Shown: positions 27,160 through 38,500 of the stretch, in pieces | Position numbering within the stretch: position 1 is the stretch's first letter | How the letters are laid out: every line of letters begins with the position of its first letter | DNA from: Oikopleura dioica | Taxonomy: Eukaryota > Animalia > Chordata | Direction: 5' to 3' | Assembly (NCBI GenBank): GCA_907165135.1 | Contig: OU015569.1 | Coordinates: 2,356,001-2,420,000, forward strand | Length of the DNA: 64,000 nucleotides | Made by a program: the position numbers and the translations under genes | Notes under the pieces: model-generated | The model's input: the letters and a program-made list of their open reading frames with translations, nothing else | What the model was told of the DNA's origin: nothing | The model's database searches: none

Positions 27160-27186
27160 TTAGGGTTAGGGTTAGGGTTAGGGTTA
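27160..27186. repeat. Interstitial (TTAGGG)4 tract
   Basis: TTAGGGTTAGGGTTAGGGTTAGGGTTA read directly, about 35 bp from a family B MITE. Confidence 0.9.
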
Positions 27187-27222
27187 ATATTTCTTATATT
27201 ACCCTAGATAGTCCCCTATTAA

Positions 27223-27484
27223 GGACCCCCCGTCAGCTTTTTTTGAAAAATCAAATTTCGGAATTTTTAAATTTTGACCCCGGAAATGGATTCTACGGGT
27301 CAAAATCGCATTTGAAAATTGGACTTTTCGCCGAAAATTGAAGAATTTGCACAAATTTCGATTTTTCTTGGTCAAAAATTCCTCTAATCAAGTTTTTGAA
27401 GCAAAGTTAACCTGCGGACGCATTAAGAACCAAAAGTATGGTGTTCTTCAAAATTTTCATTTTTTGAAGCTGACGAGGGGGTCC
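27223..27484. mobile_element. MITE family B, shorter copy
   Basis: TTAA|GGACCCCCCGTCAGC ... GCTGACGAGGGGGTCC|TTAA. The interior matches 9631-9976 with deletions. Confidence 0.8.
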
Positions 27485-28829
27485 TTAACACATAAAGCTG
27501 AGGCTATTAAATCCGTTAAAATGAAGCCATCCCGGGAGTATTAAGCTATTTAAATGTGAATCTAATATATTATTATAATTATAATTCTTCTAAATTATTT
27601 TCAAATAGAATCTCTAGCGGCTAAAGTTAAATCAAATTCAAGCCTCCCAATAATTAATCAAAGTCACTAAACATTTTTGTTAGTGGGTGCACGTAACTTG
27701 CTAATTAATCTTCATCGATTCTATCTTAGAAGACAACAAAAAAAGGATGAGTAGATGATTGTAATGTCGTTCTTTTTGCTTCGAAAAGACCAGCGTTCAA
27801 AACATGCAGCTAAATTACACTCAAATAATCAAATTATTGCGCCCCAACAAACCATTGCGCTGAAAACTCGACTTTTGCGAATTGGGAATTCCACCTGCCA
27901 CTAAAATTTACTGGCTTGTGGAGTTTTGACAACGCGCGCATTCCAAGTCCCCCAAACTCGCAAAAATATTCGAATCCGAAAAGATCAACGACTTCTCATC
28001 TCAGCCACCAAAATATACAAAAAGAAATTTGAAATTACTTAACGGGCGAAAATTGAATATTGCCAAAAGTAAAAGTGTTTATTCGTCGATGTCAATTTTT
28101 GGCAATTTCTGAGTAAATCCAAGGCATGTGGTCGAAAGTCTCCCATGAGCTGAAAATGGCCGTTTGGGCTATTCGGAGATCCTATAATCGGAAGTTCTTG
28201 AACTGAGGAGGAAGCCGCAGAAATAGCGAAAATTGAAATTCAAGTTTCTTCAAATTCTGAATTAGCCAAAGCCAAGAAAATCTGCCTCCATCGTGAAGAT
28301 ACAGTATTTGTCACAGTTGAAGTTATGGACGATCGAAAATGAAATTGAAGCGGAAGAAAGGCCAATCCGCAGGGTCGACGGATCTGGCTGCTTTCATAAA
28401 AGACGTTTTAAAAAGCCACTAAGTTGTTCTTGCGTGAACCCTTCGGCCGCGGAGCCGATTTAATCGTATTTCACGAGAATGCCGAACTCTGCCTTTCTAA
28501 TAACAGCACAATTGGTCGAAATCGACACATAGTTAATCCGGCTCAGCTGGTTAGTTTTAGGCTCAATTCTGGCCGAGAATGTATAAGGCAAAAAATCAAA
28601 AAAAAACATTTCTCTTTGGCCAAAAATCATGTATTTTTCTAAATCTCAAAAGCTCGTTTCGCGGCTTGAGCGCCTTAAACTCCTGACTAATGAAGATTTA
28701 CATCCGACTTTCTAAATCTTCGTTTTTAGAAGTACACGATAGAGTATCTTAGATAGTGCAAGAAAGAAAAGGTAGGTCACTTTTACAAGCTTCACTTTTA
28801 TAAGCTGATTCTGTCGGAAAAATGAAGAG

Positions 28830-29072
28830 CTGAGCTCGGCAACCTGTGTAGAAAACCTGAGTCAGGCTTTGAAGAGCTAAAATGAAAAGCCGCGTTGCGG
28901 CTTTTTTTAAAACGAAGCCGCGAAGCGGCTTCGCCAATATTTTCAAGTACATAAGAGTGATTGTGTTGCGAAGCCGCTTCGCGGCTTCGTTTTCAAAAAA
29001 GCCGCTACGCGGCTTTTCATTTTAGCTCTTCAAAGCCCGACTCAGGTTTTCTACACAGGTTGCCGAGCACAG
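28830..29072. mobile_element. MITE family A, full-length copy
   Basis: Complete palindromic arms. Flanks ATGAAGAG/ATGGAGAG (7/8 match, 8-bp TSD-like). Confidence 0.9.
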
Positions 29073-29206
29073 ATGGAGAGAAGCGAAAATTTTCACAAGA
29101 AATAAAAGAAATTCTTGAGGAAATCGTAACTCTCAAAATGAATCATGAACTCTGCCAGCTGGTTCGAATAGTAAAAGACGCCACCATTTATAATTGACAC
29201 ATATAA

Positions 29207-29788
29207 ATGACAGTTTCGAAAGCTACAGACCAGAAAAATAAAGTTGAAATCAAGAAAAAGCAAAAGAAAATGTGGAAAAGCTGCCAAGGAGCGCCTTTCC
29301 AGACCAAGTTCGGGCAATGCATTATTGAGTGCGCTGGCGTTGGGAGAACAGTTGCGGACACTTTTGGCGTTAACCGAATACTAAAAATTCGCCCGATCGG
29401 GTGCAGAACACCGAGCTACCATTTCAAAGATACTGGTGAGCTTGAAGCCGCTTTCTTGGAACATGGGACGTTGTCGACTGCCCAGGCGGATGCGGTTCTC
29501 ATTGCACGAGAGAAAAATGATCTCAACAATTTGGGAAAATTGACGATGAAACTCTACAAAGAAGAACAGCAGCGAAAAAGAGAAGCGCCAACAGTAATCA
29601 AGCTCAGCGCCAAGCCAAAGAAGCCCCTCACCGACGAGGAGCTCATTCAACATTTCGGAGAACCGGGAAAACTGCAGCTAAAGCGCCGAAAACGAAAGGA
29701 GCCAAGAAAGCCGCCAAGAAAAAGCCCAACCAAGGAAAAGCTCCAAATGCGATTCGAAAAACACAGAAACCGGCTCGACTCTGATTGA
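29207..29788 (+). CDS. Hypothetical basic (Lys-rich) protein, probably a terminal exon
   Basis: 193-codon ORF in AT-rich DNA, preceded by an acceptor-like GACAG. NLS-like KRRKRKEPRKPPRK. No recognised domain. Confidence 0.5.
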   Translation: MTVSKATDQKNKVEIKKKQKKMWKSCQGAPFQTKFGQCIIECAGVGRTVADTFGVNRILKIRPIGCRTPSYHFKDTGELEAAFLEHGTLSTAQADAVLIAREKNDLNNLGKLTMKLYKEEQQRKREAPTVIKLSAKPKKPLTDEELIQHFGEPGKLQLKRRKRKEPRKPPRKSPTKEKLQMRFEKHRNRLDSD

Positions 29789-29845
29789 TCTCTCACTTGA
29801 CAACCTAGCTGTCAATCTGCTCTTTCACTGTGCCTCTCCAAACTT

Positions 29846-29889
29846 TCGGCAACCTGTGTAGAACTCCTGAGTCAGGGTTTTGAAGAGCT
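29846..29889. mobile_element. MITE family A, left-arm fragment
   Basis: TCGGCAACCTGTGTAGAACTCCTGAGTCAGGGTTTTGAAGAGCT. Confidence 0.75.
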
Positions 29890-30424
29890 TCACAAATTGC
29901 TGTTACCATTTATTTTTCAATACTACCTAAGCCGTTTTGACTGACTGAGAATTTCTACACAGGAAAAAATATATTCGAATAATGAATTGAAGGGGCAAGT
30001 TCAAATTTCCCAAAATATCGACGGAAAAACAGCGAATAATTTAGTCGACTCAGCAGCGCTCGCGCGCTCTCCGCGGCTTCATGAAATCTCAAAAATACAC
30101 CGCGAGCGCCCTCCGCGCCTATGCCGAGAAGTACTTGAATTTTTCCTCTCGTCAAGTTTAGACAAAAATTTCAACCCTTTTTTACGTTTTCAGTGAGAGA
30201 ATATCTATTTCCGAAGATTGACGATGAAAGTGTCTGCGGTTCTTGCTTCTTGCGTTGCTGGTATGAAAGAGATTCACAAAGAGAAAGAATAGCTGAAGAC
30301 GGAACACTTGAAAATGCTTCTTTATTGGATAGATTAGAGTTTTTTTTTCCGTTCACGAATTTTGGAAAGTAATTATTGTTGTTTTTGTTTTTTGATAAAA
30401 CTTGAAAGAGAGCGAAAATACGAC

Positions 30425-30638
30425 GGCACTGAAAATGTCACGAATGTCACGAATATCACGAAATTGACCACTTTTTTCATGACACCGTCAGTAAGAGGGG
30501 CCGAAAAATTGAGTTGGGCCCGTCAACACAATGAGTTATCTACCAGATAATGCACGAAGAAGGACCCTTATAAAAACAGATTCGTGACATTTTTAGCCAA
30601 CTCGTGACATTCGTGACATTCGTGACATTTTCAGTACC
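30425..30638. mobile_element. Foldback/MITE with 38-bp TIRs built from 9-mer tandem repeats
   Basis: GGCACTGAAAATGTCACGAATGTCACGAATATCACGAA ... CTCGTGACATTCGTGACATTCGTGACATTTTCAGTACC (3 mismatches). No clear TSD. Confidence 0.75.
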
Positions 30639-33338
30639 TGCCGAAAAGATGCTTCAGAAGATTGTTTTCGTCATTCACAAAAACTCGTAAAAATCTTGCT
30701 GTTCAGGAGTCTTTCTCTGAGCCAGAATATTAATGTTATTATGACTTTTTCCGTAAAAATTAAAGCGATACAGTTTCATGAAGCTGTATTGTCATTAAAT
30801 TGCGCTCAATTTTATCGATAGCCCAATATTTCCTACACTAAGAATTCTGAAAATAAGTCAAGTCAAAAAAAAAATGTATAACAAAATTTCGATTTTGGAG
30901 AAGATCAATTTTAGTCAGCAATGCTTATTTAGCCACTTATTAACCTAGTTTTTACTCTACCCTCGAAATCGGAGAATGAGTTTTTTGGCATCTTCTTCGT
31001 TATTCAAAAGCTATTTTATTCGCGATCTCGAGACAATTGCCCGCCATGAAAATCCAAGCTCGGAACGTGGCACCAAAACTAGAGTCATGCAAAGTAAAAG
31101 TGCTTTATTCAAGAATTTCTTCAAAGTTGACACCTAGCGAGCTTGATCTCCGTTCCATAAAATTACGATTATTTTTGAAATTTAAATTCGATCTGATCGA
31201 TTTTTTATGCGATTATGAATTCTCCTTACTCGCGAAAAAACGACGTGAAGTTAGATACTACCCTTATGTTTCTTAATGATCATTCTCAATTATTTTTTAA
31301 TCGCTAAAAAACAGAAAAAATCTATCAGAAAAAACAGAAAAAAAATTTTTTAATAATTTAAAAAAAAATATTATTAAAAATTTTTTGTTCATTTTTTCGA
31401 TAGGCAATTATTATGTTTGTTATTATTCAATAAAGATACTGGGGAGAAGCATTTTCAAGTAGTGCTCAGCAGGCGCTGTTGCTAGAATAGTTCCTCGATC
31501 GCCATTTTCCCACCATGAGAAATAAAAAATTAAGCGGCGCATTCCCTTTTTTCGATGCTCATTCCTTTTTTTTAGTTTTTTTATTGTTTATGAAATATTT
31601 CATCAAATACTACTGGTAGTTGATTAGATCATCAAAAAATATAACTGGATTGTCAACTGACATTTTGGTCTGAAATCAAAATCCGCCAAAATTATATTTT
31701 TTTCTGGTCGCGAAAGTGGCGAGCTAAGGAGCTGTCCTAGCAAAAGCGCCATCCATGGTCAAACTGAACTTTTCAGGTAAGAGCCTAAACTGGGCCACTC
31801 AGATGGTTCAGATGGTGTTGATGGTGCTTGTAATTTTAATAATTTGCCATATTTTGTGAGCCACACAAGAATAAAACCCACAATTACGGGTTGTTTTTTT
31901 GAATTAGAATCGCGCCTTCTCAATAACACTTAGCTCGCACTGATGAGAGGTGCTGTAATATCATAATTTGACATTTTCTTAGGCGAAGGTTATCTTTGTC
32001 GGATTATGTCTGATCGGGTGTAAACGTGAGCTATCTGCCATCTTTTAACCATAACGAGGATCATGGTCCTTTCATATTAGCAAAAATACTTTTGAAGAAA
32101 CTGAACATAAGTTAGAAATTAGCATTAGCGCACCTACTCTGCTTCTTGGTCTAAAATTGCCGCAAAACTCTTGTGCACTTTTTAGTGCAAAAAATTTCCC
32201 TTATATCTCGCGAAAAAAGTAAAGGTTGTAAAAATATGATTGTTGAACTTAATTGTCGGAAATATGGGATAAATTAAGAGTGGATTTATAGAAAAGGATC
32301 GGGGCTAAAAATTGAAATGGGTGAAGATGTTCTATTCAGGAGGCTTTCAATTGGGCACTGACTACAACTTCGAGTGCCAGGAAAATGGAATTCTCGTCAC
32401 ATCCGAAGACTCTTCGTTTGTCTTGACTGATCGCGCAAAGAACATCGAGACGGAATGCAAAGGAATGGTTAATTTTGAAGCTTGCCACTTACAGTTTCTT
32501 AATTTTTTATTAATAATTCTTGTCGGGATACTTTAATTGCTAACTTTTGCTTTTTTTAAAAATTAAAATTATTATTTGAGATCTATGGATTTAAAGATTT
32601 TTGGTAGAAATAAAATTGAAGCCTTATTTTTTCATAACCTTTTGGAGCAACTTCGCATTGGAACAATTCTGGGGGTTCGATCTACTTGCCGCAATGCATC
32701 CAAATAAAAGAAGACACGCGTAACTGGTAATGATCCTTTTTTCTTTTGATTGTACTCCTTCTGGTTCACGGGAAATAATTTTGGTTGGGTCATTTTCTTG
32801 TTAACTTCGCTTGAAGGCTAATTGGATTTGTGGAAGCTAGAAACTGAGCAGAAACGATACTAAAAAGGGGTTGGCAAAGTATGCCAAATATGGACGGTAT
32901 GATTACTAGCAACAAATTAAGTTTAGAACGCGGCCCGCGTCTTGCGTTTGTTTCCCGAAATCGTAAATTGAACCAGCTTTTGCTTTCACAAAATAATTTG
33001 CATAACCCCTGCCGGATAGGCGAGATCATTTATTGAGCAAATAGGAGCTAACTTTTTTCGAAAACATAGCTTTTATGTCTAAAAATAAAGCTGACACTAC
33101 TGTTGATCCACGTCAGCCCTGTATAATAGCCCATATATAGACCATATTTGACTAGGATTGTACTACCTTCTTTGCAAGCAAATCACAAAGAATCTCTGTC
33201 AAAGATTATCGATTTTGGGTTTCGAAGAACTCTCCTTTTTCTGGGATTTATCTTCAATCTTGTGCTGCAAATTTCGATGTCTAGTCGAGGATTTAGGGGG
33301 ATGTCTCAATTAAAAATATATTTTTGGGTATTAACATT

Positions 33339-33583
33339 CTGGGCTCGGCAACCTGAGTAGAAAACCTGAGTCAGGGTATAAAAGATTAGAAATGAAAAGC
33401 CGCGTAGCGGCTTTTTCAAAAGCAAAGCCGCGAAGCGGCTTCGCAATATTATTCTTCAATCATATTTTTAACTTCTGGCGAAGCCGCTTCGCGGCTTTGT
33501 TTTTAAAAGAGCCGCTACGCGGCTTTTCATTCGTAATCCTATAAACCCTGACTCAGGTTTTTTACTCAGGTTGCCGAGCCCAG
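33339..33583. mobile_element. MITE family A, full-length copy
   Basis: CTGGGCTCGGCAACCTGAGTAG ... CTCAGGTTGCCGAGCCCAG. Same 245-bp length and layout as 7225-7469. Confidence 0.92.
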
Positions 33584-35562
33584 CATTCTGGGTCCCCGAA
33601 CCTGAGGGCTATTTAAATGCGTAGTATACCCTTATCCATCTGTTGCAAAGTCAAAACCCAACTGTTCAGGAACGGGCTGATCATCACGCGGAAAGAAGGA
33701 CCTCGCAAGTGGAAGTCGCAGACAATCTTCGTCGAATGCGTGACAGGAAAATCTGAGCATGACCCTAAACTTTAGTGCTACTAGAGTAACTATAGCAAGT
33801 GCTATAATCTCCGCGGTATATTCATTTGTAGATAATGTATATTTGTGTCTCTATTCCTTTTTTCGTGTTTGTCAAGCTCACAACAAGCAGTCCTTTTGCG
33901 CCAAAGTTATAAAAATCAAGACCCTTAATTTAAAAATTGTAACCAGGAAGTATTAACCTACGATATGTGCCAACGCCGCGATGCCACGCGCTTGGCAGAT
34001 TGATTTATTTAAGAGGCTGCCGAAACTGATGAAACTCACCATCCTCGCCTCCAAGTTCAATCAAAATTTGCAAAAAAAAAACAACATAAAAAGAAGAAAA
34101 TGGATCGCTTCGATTCCAAAATACGAGAAAACCTTGTAAAGAATAAAACAGCTTGATCCACTGTCAATTTTCGAATAAACTTGACTTTTGATTTTTCCTG
34201 CAAAAAAAAGATAACGAGTGTGTATTTCATTCTTATTAGAAAGTCCTCGAATTCGCGGGAAGAAGATAATCACTCACGCTGGCAGTGTAATGGATTCTAG
34301 ATCTGCTCTCCGGCGTCCGAGCCTGGCGGAGACTCGTCATTTTCGAATGAGGGAGTGTCGCCGACGCTTTTTTAATGTTGATTTTCACGGAAGTCCTTCT
34401 TTGATGAGATTGACTTCAACACTTTCCTGAAATCTACTTCGATCTCTTCCTGTTCGGCATCGTCCCCGTGTGCGTCTTAAAAGTCGTTGCTTTGCAATAG
34501 TAAAAAAAAAATTGAAAAATCACCAATTGCATCCAAATCGAAAGAATCACTTCCTCCGCCGCCATTGCTAGATTCCTCGTAAGCTAAATCGTCCCCAGCA
34601 GCGATTTCAAAGTCGCCATCTATTCCTAAAAAGACGAAGTTAATTCCGAGACAAATTTCAAGTAGTTAAACCTTCAAGAAGCATGAGACTTCGTTGACTA
34701 GAATCTTCAATCGAACAGGAAGTAAATAAATCCTCAGGACAGCTTTTCCGCTTTAACCAGTATTATTCCAAGAAAAAGCAAATGTAAGAGAAAGATAAGA
34801 CTGTTTCTTGAAAGCTCATCCAACGTGTTTGGCTCTAGTCGTTGACTGTTCATCGCAGAGGTGTTTTTCAAGCCTTGGCTTCGCGAGGTCCACAGCAGTG
34901 CCATCGACATCTTTCGGGCGCGATGATAGGCCGTGTTCAACGAAGGCGAAAATTTCAGCGCTAGTAAATGGCCCAACAGCCTAAGCTCGAATTTAAACGC
35001 TGGCTGATTCCGCGGGGCCGATGCGGCTTACTGCCGGGGTCAACCCCTAAAGACGACCTTCTCCCTCGAAGAACGGGGCACTTATACAACTTAGATGCTG
35101 CTCTTATACAACAGACCGTTTATTTAGCTCGGCCCCTGCCCAAAGACCTCGGAATGTTTTTCTCTTGCGTTTCTCGTTCATCAAAGTAGTTTTTTTTTTG
35201 AGAAAATGATTACCGCCGTAGCGATTAAAAACGATTACTACTTTACTTTACCCGCTGTTGATTTTCTTAACTTCGATTATTTTGAACCCTTATCTGATTA
35301 AAACCAAAGCTGCTTTTCATCAATCTGGACAAGACTAGGAGACAAAGAAGACATAATTATGGAGTAACGGTTGTTCAACAGCCCCAAAAATTTTGAAAAT
35401 TCAGAATCTAAGCTTTAAAAAGTGGATCGTTCTGATCGGAGAATGTTTCATTCTTCATCTTTCGTTGATAGTCTTTCGCTGATTCATCAGACGCCGCAAA
35501 AAAGAAAATCACAGCTTGTGGATTTTTAATTTTCAATCTTTGCGTAGTTGGTTTGAGAGAAA

Positions 35563-38500
35563 ATGGAAGCAAACAATTATGCTTACGAGTGTGATGTCAC
35601 TTCTAGCGGAATGTATGGACACTGCGACTATTGTCACCGGTAAGTCTTCCACAGGAAGTTTAACTTGATATAATTGCCCAAGTTATCCTCCTTCGACTAC
35701 GGAAGTCAGCGGCGCTAGACTCTGTTGGAACTGCTTTCATGAGAAGTACCCAGGAGTTCAAGCAGAATTCCAAGTCTCCGATGCCACTTTCAAATGCCTG
35801 GGCGAATACTGCGAGGAAGAAAGCCTCTCTTATCGTCAGTATATTGCTGGATCTTGCTGTTCGGTCGCCTTGAATTTTACAGTTTGTATGTTTATTCTTT
35901 TGGTGTATTATTATTATTATTCAATATGATAAAATTCAACTAAATTTGCCTAAATGAGATAAATTGACTGAGCTCTCTTTAGGCAATGTGTCCGACACAG
36001 CTTTCTTTGAAATCACGAAATTGTATAAAGAATCAAGGAGAGAGCAAGAGTCCGCTGAGAAAGAGTCGATGGCAGCTGAAGAAGAGCTCGAAGACGCGGA
36101 AAATGAGGTTGAAAAAATAAGAAAGTCCCTCATAAAGGCAAAGGCAACGGTCAAATTTGCGAAACGAAAAGCTAACGCTGCTGAAAAGAATCTCAAAGAA
36201 AGACGAAATTGGAGTGAGACGGTTAGAAAACGTGCTCTTGTCGTTGCGAATGATGCTCTAGGATATGGTGAGTATTCTTTCTTAATAAATGTGCAACAGT
36301 AGTGACTACTTTGATTCTTGTGAGTAGAATGAGGTTTATTTCTAAGGTACAGTGGTTTATAAGAGTGTTTGCAGTTACAGAGTAAACATGGACTTGCGCC
36401 CTTTGACCATGGCGTGATTCTGAATATCGCTGTAGTTGACTACGGGAACTTTCCGTAGTTCTTTTCTGACCTGCACAACCAGCCCCCCCTAAGAAAGAAA
36501 CACCTTATAACCCTGACCTCATTTTCCCTCTTATTTACCTTTCTATCCTATTATCCGATTATCTATCCTATTTTTCGTTAATTCTATCCTAAAAATCCCT
36601 TGTATTCCTCCCCCCTTTTGAAAACTGATTCCCTAATCATACTTAACCTCAAGGTAAAAATCACCATCCACTAGTGTCCAACGAAGGTTGTATTCTGGCC
36701 TATATGGCAGATCGTATGTGCTTATTGCCGCCATCGGGTATTTGCCTGATCCCAGTCCATCCACCTCTTTCAAAACCCCAATCACTGTATGGTCATTCAA
36801 AAAATGATGGTGAAAGATAAGTGACGACGTACACAAGTACATCTGTTTTAACTTTCTCACGTCTGTCGAAGTTGATCGTATGGTGATTCGCCAGGCGTTA
36901 TTTTCAAAGAAGTAAACTTGCGCAAAGTCCTCATTTAGCTCGATTAGCTTATGGATCTTCCGTCTGTCTCCATTCAGTGGGTGATATGGGTTATATAATG
37001 AGTTGAATAATTCGTAGGCGTATTCTTTCAATGTGGCGCCTTCCCTCACTCGCATTGTTTTTATTTCAAGAAGGTCGTCGTCCTTTCTGTCAGTCCGAAG
37101 ATCGTGATCTTGGTCTGCGAATTTGACCGTCCGCTGCAGTTGGTTATTTTCTCCCCTTTTTGTTGCAGTTGTTGTTCCAGCCGTTTCTGTTTCCATTTCT
37201 GACTCATTTCCTGCCGCAGTCGTTTTTACAACTCCAGTTGAATAATTGTCAATCGTGCCTGTATCCGGTGTGCCAGCAACCTCTGGTTCGGCATCCTCTC
37301 CCCCGCCTATTTCCGATCCTACGTCGACGTCGATGACCAGTGATCCATTTTCGACTTCCTCCAAAAAAGTTCGACCTCATTGTTTTCAAGCAGGGCTATT
37401 GAGCGATCCAGGTCAGTAGGGACTTGGTCGATTTCCATTTTCCTAAAACTTATTTTTAACTCATCCTTTGAGCTTTTTTTTAATTCTAGATTTCCTTATT
37501 TTTGGACCAGTTCCCTTTAGAACTGTCTTTCTGTTTGCTCAGTTTCCACTTTCCCTGTTGATGCAAACAATTGCAGCCAGCCACCGCCGGGCTTAACTGA
37601 TTTTCTTTTTACCTACTAAAAGAGAAATTTTTTAACCTATGACCAGAAGTATTTAAGACCGACTAATTTATGCTTTTTCCTACAAACTCTCTTCGTTTTC
37701 TAATCTAAAACAGTTGCAGATAAGTTCCGTTCCCCAGTAGCACGGAAATACTGGCTTAAATTTGTTTTTCGCTTTAATGTCTGTAAGTATCTGAAACGCG
37801 AGTATGTCGAAAAAAAATGCGTCTCTCGTCTCCAGTTTTGGTTTATGGTCAAATTTATACAACTTTAAGAGTTCCTCCAGGTTTTTACCTAAATTCTCCG
37901 TATTACCTACTTCTTGGGTTGCCTCAGTATTAGGGGGATCCGGGAATAAATATGAAGGGGGACTAGTCACTACTGTGGGAATATTAACATATGTACATTC
38001 CGATTCAGAGGAAAAACTCATTGTTATTATTTAAGTGGCAGATAAACCGAACGGCGTCCTTGGTTATTTCGAGTAAACTCCGACGTATCAGTAAGTTGTT
38101 CCTCTTCCGATCTGAACGTCACAATCGGCTCCCGCTGTTTTTTCTGAAAAAGCTTTCTTATGCTTTTAAAGCAGTTTCCACAGCCTACAAAACAGCCTTT
38201 TATGAATTGAAAACCCCTCCGTGTTGCTACAAAGCAACATTTAATCCTCAAATAACAACAATATAGTCCTAAAAGAACTACAGTAACACTCACAGTAATT
38301 ACAGTGTTAATGACCCACTGTGGAGCTATTTTAGATGCCATTGATATTCTCGGAAATTTATCTTCAAGTTTTTCCTTAGATCTTTCAACTAGTGATTTTC
38401 TTAAATCACCAAAATCTAGTGAACCTATTATCTCCGTATCCTCGAAATCTTCTTTTTCTGACAAAAATTTATTAAGTGACGATGTTTTTATTCCTGCCGT

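Noticed and set aside
31300-31400. AT-rich quasi-palindrome
   Set aside because: Low-complexity A/T runs; symmetry is expected by chance.
32660-32700. GGTTCGATC resembling a tRNA T-loop
   Set aside because: No acceptor, D or anticodon stems can be formed around it.
7225-33583. Recurrent 35-40 bp repeats as a possible CRISPR array
   Set aside because: They are inverted, kilobases apart and belong to MITE termini; the sequence is eukaryotic and has no cas genes.
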